Of a stretch of DNA of 64,000 nucleotides, positions 49,402 to 60,252 are shown one piece after another. The position numbers and the translations under genes are program-made. How positions within the stretch are numbered: the stretch's first letter is position 1; each line of letters opens with the position of its first letter. The DNA lies in the NCBI GenBank assembly GCA_039799225.1, contig JBDLTF010000001.1, positions 42,488-106,487 on the forward strand, given 5' to 3'. The DNA is from Candidatus Parcubacteria bacterium. GTDB lineage: Bacteria > Patescibacteriota > Minisyncoccia > Phycocordibacterales > PALSA-1337. The notes below the pieces were generated by a model. That model made no database searches. It was not told the origin of the DNA and worked only from the letters and a program-made list of their open reading frames with translations.

Positions 49402-49770
49402 CTAGAGAGGCATGTCGAACGCAAATCGACCAGCACCAAGGAACATAAGAGCAACTGCCATGGCGAGAAGAAGGACATAATAATTCACACCACTGGTGAG
49501 AAACTCCTTGTGGCGAATCTTGAGAGCAAGCTTGATTACAAGGATGACTGCATTGATGAGTGCGGCCACTTGAGTCCAAAGACCGATGATGAGAAATACT
49601 GAGACGAGTATTTCTATACCACCATATACCTTGGTATTACTACCAGAACTGTTACCTCTACCAAGAACCTTCTGGTAACCGAAATAGGCGAGTGTGAGGC
49701 CAAGTACAACGCGCAAGATGAATGGCGCGAGCTGTTCATATGAGAGGAGAGCGGGGAATACTGAAAGCAT
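49402..49770 (-). CDS. DoxX family membrane protein
   Basis: LRVVLG, EI....LIIGLWTQVAA, GAGRFAFD. Confidence 0.85.
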   Translation of the reverse strand: MLSVFPALLSYEQLAPFILRVVLGLTLAYFGYQKVLGRGNSSGSNTKVYGGIEILVSVFLIIGLWTQVAALINAVILVIKLALKIRHKEFLTSGVNYYVLLLAMAVALMFLGAGRFAFDMPL

Positions 49771-49839
49771 GGTAATGAGTGTTTATTGCGTAATATGCGT
49801 AGTATAGTAGATTTGAGAGACAATTACTAATTATCCGAG

Positions 49840-50340
49840 ATGACCAATAACCAAGATACAACGACCAAGAATGTCCTGGAGATCAGGGTTATTTTGGATA
49901 ACATACGCAGTGTCCATAACGTGGGCTCCATATTCCGCACAGCTGACGCGGCGGGAGTATCGAAGCTATACCTTGTTGAAACTACACCTACGCCAGTCGA
50001 CCGCTTTGGCAGAAAAAGGAAAGATGTGGCGAAGGTCTCATTGGGGGCGGAAGATTCTATTCCTTGGGAGCATGTGGTGGATATAACGAAGACGATACAA
50101 GCACTCAAAAAAGAAGGATTCACTATTGTTGCGCTCGAGCAAGATGAGAAGTCTGTTGATTATCAATCTGTAAATTCAAAGAATAAGATTGCGCTCATTC
50201 TTGGAAATGAAGTTGGAGGTATTTCGAAAGAGATTCTTAAACTAGTCGATGTAATCATCGAGATACCTATGGCAGGGAAGAAAGAGTCCTTGAATGTATC
50301 GGTGGCTGCGGGGATCGCACTGTTTCAACTCAATCGCTGA
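49840..50340 (+). CDS. SpoU/TrmH family RNA methyltransferase
   Basis: DNIRSVHNVGSIFRTAD, GNEVGGI, IPM.G.KESLNVSVA. Confidence 0.93.
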   Translation: MTNNQDTTTKNVLEIRVILDNIRSVHNVGSIFRTADAAGVSKLYLVETTPTPVDRFGRKRKDVAKVSLGAEDSIPWEHVVDITKTIQALKKEGFTIVALEQDEKSVDYQSVNSKNKIALILGNEVGGISKEILKLVDVIIEIPMAGKKESLNVSVAAGIALFQLNR

Positions 50341-51245
50341 TGTGTATCGCAGAAGTGAGTACCTCTACCGCCAAGAACAATTCTGACAATCTTTCCGCCA
50401 CATCCTCTCTTCTCACATATCGATCCTGTTCTCTGGTACGCGCGATGTTTTTCGTGGAATTCTCCTTTGTTTCCATGAATGTTTCTATAATCTGACGTCG
50501 AGTCTCCGCCGAAGTTAATTCCTTTTGAAAGTGTTTGTTTCACTGCTGTGTAGAGTGATTTCATCTCTTTCACAGGTATGTTCGATACTTTCTGTACCGG
50601 ATGTATGCCTGCGCGCCAGAGTGATTCGTCCGCATATATATTTCCGATGCCTGCGATGATGCCCTGATCCATCAAGACTTGTTTGATCTTGCCATTCGGT
50701 TTGAGTTTCAATCTCGAAGCGAACTTCTCGAAGGTGAAGGTGTCATGCAATGGTTCGGGGCCAATAGTATTCAGATGATCTGAATCATGCAGCGTCTTCG
50801 AATCAATCAGTGTCACCTTGGCGAATTTCCTCACATCAGAAAGAGCGAGATGTTTTTTGTTCGAGAATGAAAGCATGAAATGAACATGTTTGTTGAACGG
50901 ATCTTTTAGCGACTCAGGTTCAATCGCTTCCCAAGGATCTTTTTTCATATCTTTGTTGAAATGATATCGACCATACAGAAGGTGACCGGTCATCTTGAGA
51001 TGCACGAGTAGGGTAGAACCATTCGAGAGACCTATCAATATATTCTTCGCACGTCGCTCGGCCGAAATGATTTTCGTATCAATAATCTGTTTTCTCATCT
51101 GCGCAAAATACGAACGATCTTTGATTGTTTCAGAACCTTTGAAATGCACGCTGTCATAATCAGACCATGCATCCACTATATGAAGACCGATCACGTTCTC
51201 ACGTAATCCATTTACTGTTGTCTGTACTTCGGGGAGTTCGGGCAT
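50325..51245 (-). CDS. mutM: Formamidopyrimidine-DNA glycosylase
   Basis: MPELPEV, HLKMTG, GIGNIYADE, C-terminal zinc finger. Confidence 0.96.
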   Translation of the reverse strand: MPELPEVQTTVNGLRENVIGLHIVDAWSDYDSVHFKGSETIKDRSYFAQMRKQIIDTKIISAERRAKNILIGLSNGSTLLVHLKMTGHLLYGRYHFNKDMKKDPWEAIEPESLKDPFNKHVHFMLSFSNKKHLALSDVRKFAKVTLIDSKTLHDSDHLNTIGPEPLHDTFTFEKFASRLKLKPNGKIKQVLMDQGIIAGIGNIYADESLWRAGIHPVQKVSNIPVKEMKSLYTAVKQTLSKGINFGGDSTSDYRNIHGNKGEFHEKHRAYQRTGSICEKRGCGGKIVRIVLGGRGTHFCDTHQRLS

Positions 51246-51291
51246 ATCTCAAGTTAAGAGCAAACGAGCGCAAAGCGCAAGTTAGTGTTAT

Positions 51292-51410
51292 AGACACCCC
51301 GCAGGCGGCGCATGTGTGCGCAACATGGTACACGTAGTTTCTTAATATAATCTATACCTGTTCACTGCGTGTACCATGTTGCGCACACATGCGCCGCCTG
51401 CGGGGTGTCT
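51292..51410 (+). repeat. Long-stem palindrome, family copy B
   Basis: 43-bp perfect inverted repeat around a 33-nt loop. Confidence 0.92.
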
Positions 51411-51430
51411 GCTATACTATGTGCAATATT

Positions 51431-52687
51431 ATGCGCCACTATATAGCCCTCGCTATCCTCATAAGCTTATTCCTGACGCCCTGGATGGCGACTCATTTTC
51501 CTGAACAAGCTGCTCGCCTCGCGGGATATATTGAGAATGTAGGAAGTCAGATTGCCGCAATAGTGACTCACAACCCACGTACCATTGCAGGGCTCCAGAA
51601 GAAGTATTCCGTGGACGCGGAGAGGGGAAGAGCGAAGATTCGAGTGGTCCTCATTCCTGGTCATGAGCCTGGATATGGTGGTGCGGAGTACGGCGATCTC
51701 AAAGAGCGCGATCTCACTGTGCAGCTTGCTGGTGAACTCGCGAATTTCCTTCGTATGAACAGTAAATATGAAGTTGTTATTGCACGCGACGATAAGGCGT
51801 GGAATCCTATTTTCCAGAACTATTTCGATAATTCATGGGACAGCATTATTGAATGGCAGAAGGCTCACAAAGCTGAGTCTCTCCGCCAGGTCACAGAGGT
51901 GGATACAGATTTTGTACCCAAGGTGCACCATAACAGTGCACCCAATGATGTTGCATATCGTCTCTACGGTATTACCAAGTGGTCCAATGAGAACGCAGTC
52001 GACATAGCCGTACATATTCACTTCAATGATTACCCAGGTCACGGATGGAAAATTCCTGGAGAGTACAGCGGGTTCTCTATATATGTTCCAGAAGCCCAGT
52101 ATTTGAACAGCACCACGACGCGTGCTATCGCGGAGACAGTCTTCAAGCGTCTGGCGAAATACAATGCAGTTTCTGATTTTCAGGGAGAATCAGCCGGCAT
52201 CGTCGACGAACGAGAGCTTATAGCTATCGGTGCAAATAATACTGCTGACGCGGCAAGCTTACTTGTCGAGTATGCATATCTCTATGAACAGCAGATCGCA
52301 AATCCAGAGACACGTACGCTCGCGCTCAAGGACCTAGCTTACCAAACATACCTTGGTCTCGAGGATTTCTTCAATCAAGGCAAGGCAACAGTCGCCTCGA
52401 CAGCATATGATACGTTGACCCTTCCTCATACATGGAGTAGTCCACTCTCAGAGACAGTTGCATCTATGGGTGATGTGTATGCGCTTCAGACCGCACTTCT
52501 TCTCGATGGTGTGTATCCTCCAGGAAACAGAAGCAAGAATGATTGTCCACGCACGGGGAAGATAGGTCCATGCACGAAGGAGGCTATCAAGGAGTTTCAA
52601 AATAAATATGGTTTGGAGGTAACAGGTACAATAGGCCCTAAGACATTGGAGAAGCTCAACGGCCTCTATTCAGTGAAGCCTATTTAA
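51431..52687 (+). CDS. N-acetylmuramoyl-L-alanine amidase (Amidase_3) with peptidoglycan-binding domain
   Basis: IPGH...E, VHIHFN, LLVE; C-terminal GPCTKEAIKEFQ...GPKT. Confidence 0.8.
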   Translation: MRHYIALAILISLFLTPWMATHFPEQAARLAGYIENVGSQIAAIVTHNPRTIAGLQKKYSVDAERGRAKIRVVLIPGHEPGYGGAEYGDLKERDLTVQLAGELANFLRMNSKYEVVIARDDKAWNPIFQNYFDNSWDSIIEWQKAHKAESLRQVTEVDTDFVPKVHHNSAPNDVAYRLYGITKWSNENAVDIAVHIHFNDYPGHGWKIPGEYSGFSIYVPEAQYLNSTTTRAIAETVFKRLAKYNAVSDFQGESAGIVDERELIAIGANNTADAASLLVEYAYLYEQQIANPETRTLALKDLAYQTYLGLEDFFNQGKATVASTAYDTLTLPHTWSSPLSETVASMGDVYALQTALLLDGVYPPGNRSKNDCPRTGKIGPCTKEAIKEFQNKYGLEVTGTIGPKTLEKLNGLYSVKPI

Positions 52688-53966
52688 CAGACAGCATTTT
52701 CTGGAGCTCTTCTTTTGCAATCTTTGCATCACTCCACGAAGTCTTCGTTCCTTTTGGTCCCATGATGTAGGGGTCAGTTCCTTTTCCGGTGATGAGTACA
52801 GCGTCTCCTGTCTTCGCTCGCTTCACGGCTTCATGTATAGCTTCACGGCGATCCATGATGATCGTTGGTCGCTGAGTTGATACTCCTTTCGCTACATCGT
52901 CGACTATTTTCTTCGGATCTTCATCGTACGGATCTTCATCAGTGAGAATGATTTCTGCGCAATAGGTGTCTGCTATCTTGCCCATGATTTCGCGCTTGCT
53001 CGTGTCACGTCCGCCGCCAGTTCCACCGAGAACACAGATGTTTCTTGAGGATTGAAATACTTGATAGAGCTTCTCGAGAGAGTCAGCAGTGTGAGCGTAG
53101 TCGACAATGACAGTGAAGTCCTGTCCTGCTTCTATTTTCTGTACGCGACCAGGTATGCCGTTGAATCCTTCGATTGCACGAATTATTTCTTGAGTACCAA
53201 CACCTTGGCTTTTGGCTGCAGTGATGGCCGCAGTAATGTTGTAGAGATTGAAGAGGCCAGAGAGGTGGGAACGTACGCGTCTGCCATCGAGAGTGAATTC
53301 CAACCCTTCCTTTTTGATTTCATACGGCTCGACATCGTGGATACTGAAGCTCATCTTCTTATCTGCGCCACACTCCATGAAGCGGTCACTTTCTGTATCG
53401 TCAGCATTAACTATGAGTGTGCGATTTTCTTTCTTGGACTTACCGAGCTGGCGTGCGATAGAAAGCTTGGACTGTGCATAGTTCTCATACGAACCATGTG
53501 CCTCAATATGTTCAGGAGAGAGGTTGGTGAAAACGAACGCATCCATCTGGATGAAGCGGTGACGATGAAGGAGTGCACCCTGTGATGTCATCTCCATAAT
53601 CATGTACTGACAATCGTTGTTGACCGCTTTCCTAATAATTTTCTGTATGAAGAATCGTCCCGGCATACTCATCTTGTAGAGATTGTCAGAAGAGATGTCG
53701 CCGACCTTGAAGCGGATAGTGTTCGAGACAGCAGTTTTGTACCCAGCTTCTTCGAGAATTGAGTTCAAGATTTCGACAGTCGAGCTCTTACCCTTGGTGC
53801 CGGTAATGGCAATGACTTTGATGTCGCGCGAAGGGAAGCGGTACCAGAGCGCCGCTGCAAATGACAGAGTCCAGTGGTATGCCGGCTGGAGGAAGCTAAA
53901 TAGCTTGGTAGGGATGTGTCTGCGAACCTTGTCGAGAGTAGCGTCGAGCATATGTTTGGTGTTCAC
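52680..53966 (-). CDS. murE: UDP-N-acetylmuramyl-tripeptide synthetase (MurE family)
   Basis: ITGTKGKSS, FTNLSPEH, VDYAHT, GGRD, DEDP, ITGKG. Confidence 0.9.
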   Translation of the reverse strand: MNTKHMLDATLDKVRRHIPTKLFSFLQPAYHWTLSFAAALWYRFPSRDIKVIAITGTKGKSSTVEILNSILEEAGYKTAVSNTIRFKVGDISSDNLYKMSMPGRFFIQKIIRKAVNNDCQYMIMEMTSQGALLHRHRFIQMDAFVFTNLSPEHIEAHGSYENYAQSKLSIARQLGKSKKENRTLIVNADDTESDRFMECGADKKMSFSIHDVEPYEIKKEGLEFTLDGRRVRSHLSGLFNLYNITAAITAAKSQGVGTQEIIRAIEGFNGIPGRVQKIEAGQDFTVIVDYAHTADSLEKLYQVFQSSRNICVLGGTGGGRDTSKREIMGKIADTYCAEIILTDEDPYDEDPKKIVDDVAKGVSTQRPTIIMDRREAIHEAVKRAKTGDAVLITGKGTDPYIMGPKGTKTSWSDAKIAKEELQKMLSVK

Positions 53967-53974
53967 AGTATGTA

Positions 53975-54559
53975 TTATCTCCCGAGTTCTTTCAATGCCG
54001 CTTTAACTTTCTTTCCTGTATCAGAAATGTCAGGAGAAATCTTCTTGAGCGCGTCTCTCGCCTCGTCGGTCTCGTAGCCGAGCGCGCGAAGAGCTTCGAG
54101 TGCGTCCATATCGCTCGACATGCCAGCTGAGAGGGTAGGGTCGTCAGAGTGGAATGATGCACCAGCAATCTTGTCTTTCAATTCAAGAACAATCTTCTCT
54201 GCAGTTTTCTTGCCGATACCAGAAACTTTCACAAGATGTGCGACCGATCCACTTCTGATTGAGCTTGCGAGTGTATCTACGGACACGAGTGACAGAATAT
54301 TCAAAGCACTCTTCGGACCTATTCCGGAAATCCCTATGAGGAGCTCGAAGAATGAACGTTCCTTCTGAGTAGTGAATCCATAGAGATCGAGTGCATCCTC
54401 ACGAACGATGAGGTGTGCCCAAAAGGTTACTTCCTGGCCAGTTTTCAGGGTGTGGATGGTGTCATCGGTCGTATAGACCTTATAGCCAAGGCCATTCATG
54501 TCGAGGACGGCATATCGGGAGCCAAGCTCAAGTATGGGGCCACGAAGGTAGGAGATCAT
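53975..54559 (-). CDS. ruvA: Holliday junction protein RuvA
   Basis: VREDALDLYGF, ISGIGPK, GIGKKTAEKI. Confidence 0.96.
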   Translation of the reverse strand: MISYLRGPILELGSRYAVLDMNGLGYKVYTTDDTIHTLKTGQEVTFWAHLIVREDALDLYGFTTQKERSFFELLIGISGIGPKSALNILSLVSVDTLASSIRSGSVAHLVKVSGIGKKTAEKIVLELKDKIAGASFHSDDPTLSAGMSSDMDALEALRALGYETDEARDALKKISPDISDTGKKVKAALKELGR

Positions 54560-54659
54560 GGGGAAAGTATAGCAGATTTACTGTAGAGGGCATCTTGTAG
54601 GGTGAATGGTGCTTTACTTCTTCATTCTAATATGGTACCTTTCTCTCACACACAAACAT

Positions 54660-54923
54660 ATGCCTATTACCTCATCAGCTCACAAAGCACTCCGCGCCTC
54701 AAAGAAGAAGCGCGTCTTCAATCTTCGCCGCAAGTCAGCTATAGAGAAGAACATGAAGGAGTTCCGCAAGCTCGTATCCGCAAAGGATAAGAAAGCTGCA
54801 GAGAAGCTCGTCCCGACTATCTACCAGACTCTCGATAAGGCTGCAAAGACCGGTTACATCAAGGCTAACACCGCTAGCCGTACCAAGTCCCGCGTCATGG
54901 CGGCTTTGAAGAAGCTCGCATAA
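54660..54923 (+). CDS. rpsT: 30S ribosomal protein S20
   Basis: MPITSSAHKALR, LDKAAKTG.IKANTASR.KS; ATG at 54660. Confidence 0.96.
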   Translation: MPITSSAHKALRASKKKRVFNLRRKSAIEKNMKEFRKLVSAKDKKAAEKLVPTIYQTLDKAAKTGYIKANTASRTKSRVMAALKKLA

Positions 54924-54934
54924 TACGGGCCCGC

Positions 54935-55006
54935 GCCCTCATCGTTCAATGGATAGGACGCAAGATTGCGGATCTTGCAATGTAGGTTCGATTCCTACTG
55001 AGGGCA
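54935..55006 (+). tRNA. tRNA-Arg(GCG)
   Basis: GCCCTCA...TGAGGGC-A; arm CAAGA-TTGCGGA-TCTTG. Confidence 0.93.
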
Positions 55007-55123
55007 CCTGAGAGAAAAATCCAACCTACGTTGGATTTTTTGATTCCTACGGTTTTTTCATGCAATATCATGTCATATTTGGCAATGTAAGACGCCCGCA
55101 ACTCCAACCGTCAGTAGAGAGAC

Positions 55124-55306
55124 ATGAAGAAATACCGGAGACACATCAAACTAACGATTTACGTATTGGTGGCGATAAATATCGCCTTTTTGTTGGGTGC
55201 GTTATATCGCCTGTATTCGGAGAATAAGATATTGAAGAGCCTAATTGAGAGTAGGGCAGATAACAAAATAGGCAGTGAATATACTGCCTATAATGCGAGT
55301 GTATAA
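55124..55306 (+). CDS. Small single-TM hypothetical protein
   Basis: 60 aa, basic N-terminus plus TM helix. Confidence 0.45.
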   Translation: MKKYRRHIKLTIYVLVAINIAFLLGALYRLYSENKILKSLIESRADNKIGSEYTAYNASV

Positions 55307-55318
55307 TCTATTCCTGTA

Positions 55319-56308
55319 CTAGAGAGCGTCTGAAGATTCTTCGGCGAGATCTAGAGCATCTTTTGCGAGGTCCAGAGCTTCACTATAGTCCTCATCATCA
55401 AATGCTGTACGCGCCTTGTCGTACTTCGCGCGTGCATCGTCATAGAGGTCGCGGGCATCGTCGACATTGTCTTCATCTTCATCAGCATCAGAGATATCCT
55501 CACGGGCTTGGCTGATCGCTTTCTTAGCGTCACTAATCGCTTCTTCAGCATCTTGTTTATCTTCGTCTGCATCAAGATCTTCTACGGAGTTCTCGACGTA
55601 GTTCTTTGCCTTATTGGCGAGACTGGTTGCCTGAGTGAAATCGTTGTCGAAATAGGCTATGACAGCGTCTATAAATCTCTCCTTAGCCTTCTCAAGCTTA
55701 TCTCTCATATCAGAAACTTCATCGGCCGTTGCGTCACCATCATCTTCTGCATCGTCAATCTTCTCGTCAGCATCCTTGATGGAATCAGAGACGCTCTTCA
55801 AAAGTTTCTTTGCGCCTGAGTCAGATGAAGAAGATGCTGGTATAGCGGTTGCAGTGCTAGAGACGCTTCCTACAGGGGAGATGACAGTCGTTGAGCCTGA
55901 GGTTGTCGTATTCGAGCCGACCAAGCTTGCGCTCGCGGTGATAGTAGTCGAGGTAGGCTTCTTGACCTTGGTTTCATATGTTGCGCGGGAAAGAGGTCCG
56001 AAAGTACCTGTTGCTGGATATATTCCCATAGCAATTTGCCACTTCTTCACAGCCTCAGCAGTCTTCTCTCGGAAAAGAGTAGTCTCGCCTCCTATAGATC
56101 CAGGACCTGAGCTGGCGATGATATATCCATTTGCATTCAAGTATCTCTGGAGACAGCGAACTTCTTCGCTGGTTGATCCTATTGAGAGGTCAAATATGAA
56201 TGAACAAGATTCTTCAGCTGCTGCGGAAGACGGAATGATAAAAAGTGACAGAGCAACAATCGTCGAGCTGATAATGCTAAATTTTGTATATGGCGTTTTC
56301 ATGCCCAT
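55319..56308 (-). CDS. Secreted peptidoglycan-binding domain protein with acidic helical repeats
   Basis: Signal peptide; DLSIGS...EVRCLQRYLN...GTFGPLSR. Confidence 0.8.
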   Translation of the reverse strand: MGMKTPYTKFSIISSTIVALSLFIIPSSAAAEESCSFIFDLSIGSTSEEVRCLQRYLNANGYIIASSGPGSIGGETTLFREKTAEAVKKWQIAMGIYPATGTFGPLSRATYETKVKKPTSTTITASASLVGSNTTTSGSTTVISPVGSVSSTATAIPASSSSDSGAKKLLKSVSDSIKDADEKIDDAEDDGDATADEVSDMRDKLEKAKERFIDAVIAYFDNDFTQATSLANKAKNYVENSVEDLDADEDKQDAEEAISDAKKAISQAREDISDADEDEDNVDDARDLYDDARAKYDKARTAFDDEDYSEALDLAKDALDLAEESSDAL

Positions 56309-56340
56309 AAGTATAGCGCATGGAGTGAAAGGGGCAACGC

Positions 56341-57216
56341 CTATTGAATTCCTGCCAATTCTCGGGCACGACTCTCTTCAGCATAGAGCCTATCTACTTC
56401 CACCGCTGTCAGTGAAGCGGGGTATACGGCGGCATTGGCGATGAGTCCGGTGTACTTATGTCCTAAACCTGATGATCCCCACCTTTTTGCGCCGATGGAG
56501 AGCTCTCCTATATCCGTGTAATATCCAAAGGAGTCATAAGGTCCAAGGTCTTCCAATTTGCCCTTAGCAACAATCTTCCCGTCGACATATAGTGTTGTAC
56601 CATTAGTAACTCCAATCTGGGTCGTCATGGTGACTTGGTGCCACTTGTCATCATTGACTGGTAGAGAACTCTTCAAGACAGGAGGGCACGATCCTTGCAA
56701 TGTTCCCCAATATGCATAACCAGTACCGCCGCCATATGCTGCAAGGTAGCCTCCTGGACAAAGTGCCATTCCATAGTAGCTATAGAATGAGAGGATAGTT
56801 TGGTAGTCGCCCACTACATCTGTACTTGTTTTTATCCAAGCTGATAGAGTGACGTTTTTTGTGTACAAGGATGTCGAAGTGCCATTTGTAAATGTTGCAT
56901 ACTGAGTATTGCCATTGAGTGACAATGATTTTCCGGACCCGAGATAATAGCGATCTGAAACGTATGGAGGATTTCCAACAAGGACTGCTGTCATAGTAGT
57001 TCCCGAATCATTAGCTGTAGTGTTATTGAAACTCCAGAAGCCCAATGCTTGGTCGCCATATCCCTGATGCACATGAGTAGCAAAGATGACTCCACCAGCG
57101 ATACGTCCACGGTCGCGAGCATCTCTCGTCGAGGCGATGACTATAGAAGCAAGCATGCCGATGATAGAGATCACCACAAGAAGCTCGATGAGCGTGAAGC
57201 CGCGCGCATATTTCAT
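56341..57216 (-). CDS. Type IV pilin-like protein with LamG/ConA domain
   Basis: RG|FTLIELLVVISII prepilin site; TLSAWIK, WHQV, LYVDG. Confidence 0.85.
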   Translation of the reverse strand: MKYARGFTLIELLVVISIIGMLASIVIASTRDARDRGRIAGGVIFATHVHQGYGDQALGFWSFNNTTANDSGTTMTAVLVGNPPYVSDRYYLGSGKSLSLNGNTQYATFTNGTSTSLYTKNVTLSAWIKTSTDVVGDYQTILSFYSYYGMALCPGGYLAAYGGGTGYAYWGTLQGSCPPVLKSSLPVNDDKWHQVTMTTQIGVTNGTTLYVDGKIVAKGKLEDLGPYDSFGYYTDIGELSIGAKRWGSSGLGHKYTGLIANAAVYPASLTAVEVDRLYAEESRARELAGIQ

Positions 57217-57256
57217 GCACGTATTATACCTTTTTTAAAAGGTATAGTCCTGTGAT

Positions 57257-58555
<1,299 letters not shown>

Positions 58556-58660
58556 TTAAGTGGAATAATAGGCGCATTATATAGATTAAATAACCAAGAT
58601 ACAAGAAACAAAACCTCAAGCTGAAATCTTGGTTATTGTATCTTGGTTATTGGTGATTCA

Positions 58661-59125
58661 TCAGAATCCCAATCTCTCCAATATATGCTTTATCACAGAC
58701 TCTCGATGTTCAGTCTCCGCGATGTAGGAGAGCATGATTTCGCGAACTTTCTCAGGGTCAATCTCGTCGAGATATATGACGATGAGTGACATGAATGTCT
58801 TGCGCGACTTTATGATGAGCTTGTGAGGAAATTCATCATGAGGTATCCAGAACGATTCGAGAGATAGGAATGGATAGAGGACATCATCAGCGACGATACC
58901 ACGGTCTGTGATGCCATAGGTGATGAAGCGGGGAGGACGCGAAGCGTGCAAGACGAGTGCAACGGCCGCTGTGATCACGAAGATTCCTGTAATGGTATTT
59001 CCGAAAATAAACGCGACTGCTGCCATTGCAAGAGTGACGACACCGACTGCCCAATACCAGTCAGGCTTCTTCTCTATGTAGAAGTGTTCGGGTGCGGTCC
59101 AAGAGATGAGAGGATCTGTTGCCAT
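58661..59125 (-). CDS. Conserved two-TM membrane protein with PH-like C-terminal domain
   Basis: ISWTAPEH..IEKKPDWYW, SFWI; ATG at 59125. Confidence 0.7.
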   Translation of the reverse strand: MATDPLISWTAPEHFYIEKKPDWYWAVGVVTLAMAAVAFIFGNTITGIFVITAAVALVLHASRPPRFITYGITDRGIVADDVLYPFLSLESFWIPHDEFPHKLIIKSRKTFMSLIVIYLDEIDPEKVREIMLSYIAETEHRESVIKHILERLGF

Positions 59126-59132
59126 GCGAAGA

Positions 59133-59218
59133 ATTATAGCGTCAAACGAGGACATGTGGAAGTGCACGACACTTACACAGTGTCCGAGTGGAGATGATAT
59201 ATGAAGCGAAGCGAATAT
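59133..59218 (-). repeat. Hairpin/promoter repeat, copy 2
   Basis: Homologous to 44504-44584; hairpin 59150-59185; ends in TATAAT 7 nt before the ATG. Confidence 0.75.
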
Positions 59219-59264
59219 AACATAACGAGCGCAGACGATATATTCGCTGCGCTCGTTAACTGTG

Positions 59265-59351
59265 CGGATGGGGTGAGATTCGAACTCACGGCCCCCTTAC
59301 GAGGGCGACGGTTTTCAAGACCGTTGCCTTAGACCACTCAGCCACCCATCC
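59265..59351 (-). tRNA. tRNA-Ser(TGA)
   Basis: Acceptor GGATGGG/CCCATCC; arm ACGGT-CTTGAAA-ACCGT; long variable arm. Confidence 0.95.
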
Positions 59352-59415
59352 GTGTCACGCCATCATAAAGGAAAAACTGTTGTTTCGCAATGGTTTTGTG
59401 ATACTGTTGTGAGTA

Positions 59416-59802
59416 ATGGAAAAACGTATCCTCGGAATCGATTTCGGCACGAAAAGGATAGGTGTGGCGGTCTCGGACCAGTCACGCCAGTTTGCGCTAC
59501 CTCTCGTGGTGGTGAAGAACAGTGAATTGGCAGTAAAAGAAGTGTATGAGATTGCTCGCCAACATGAGACTGTCGAAGTTGTAATGGGGGAGTCTCGTAA
59601 CTACAAACAAGAACCGAATGCGATCTTCGAAGAGGCTGACGCATTTAAAAAACAACTAGAAAGTCTTGGGCTCATCGTATATCTCGAGCTCGAATTCATG
59701 ACGAGCATGCAAGCGGAACGATTCCAAGGTAAGACTGACATGACGGATGCGAGTGCTGCCGCACTTATTTTGCAAAGTTATTTGGATAGGACAAAAATCT
59801 GA
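59416..59802 (+). CDS. ruvX: YqgF/RuvX nuclease
   Basis: LGIDFGTKRIGVAVSD, DASAAALILQSYLD. Confidence 0.93.
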   Translation: MEKRILGIDFGTKRIGVAVSDQSRQFALPLVVVKNSELAVKEVYEIARQHETVEVVMGESRNYKQEPNAIFEEADAFKKQLESLGLIVYLELEFMTSMQAERFQGKTDMTDASAAALILQSYLDRTKI

Positions 59803-59814
59803 TATACTCAGCCC

Positions 59815-60222
59815 ATGATTACCTACGATGATTTCAAAAAGGTAGAGATTCGTGCAGGGAAGATACTTTCTGCCGAGAAGATTCCTGATACTGACAAGCT
59901 CCTCAAGTTGTCAGTCGATTTCGGTATGAAGACCCAGCCAGTGAAGGTCACTACTCCAGTAGAACCTGTGCCAGGAGTCGAAGTTCCGCCTGCAGTCGAG
60001 ACAATTCCTGATATCCGTCAAATTGTTTCAGGTATATCCATGTATTTCCCCGATGCAGCGACGCTCGTCGGTAAGACTTGCATGTTTGTCACCAACCTCG
60101 AGCCACGAAATATCAAAGGACATGAAAGTAACGGTATGCTTTTTGCAGTGTCTGATGCTAGTGGAAATTTTTCTCTTCTCGAACCGAACGCATCTATTCA
60201 GCCGGGTACCAAGGCAGCCTAA
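59815..60222 (+). CDS. tRNA-binding OB-fold protein (Trbp111/CsaA/MetRS C-terminal-like)
   Basis: ITYDDFKKVEIRAG, DKLLKL, RQIVSGI, NLEPR, SNGM. Confidence 0.88.
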   Translation: MITYDDFKKVEIRAGKILSAEKIPDTDKLLKLSVDFGMKTQPVKVTTPVEPVPGVEVPPAVETIPDIRQIVSGISMYFPDAATLVGKTCMFVTNLEPRNIKGHESNGMLFAVSDASGNFSLLEPNASIQPGTKAA

Positions 60223-60252
60223 ATAGTTGTACAGATTCCCGCCTGCGCGGGA

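Noticed and set aside
49213-49602. 129-aa plus-strand ORF
   Set aside because: Overlaps tRNA-Lys and the antisense strand of doxX
55659-56444. 261-aa plus-strand ORF and similar long antisense ORFs
   Set aside because: Shadows of well-supported opposite-strand genes
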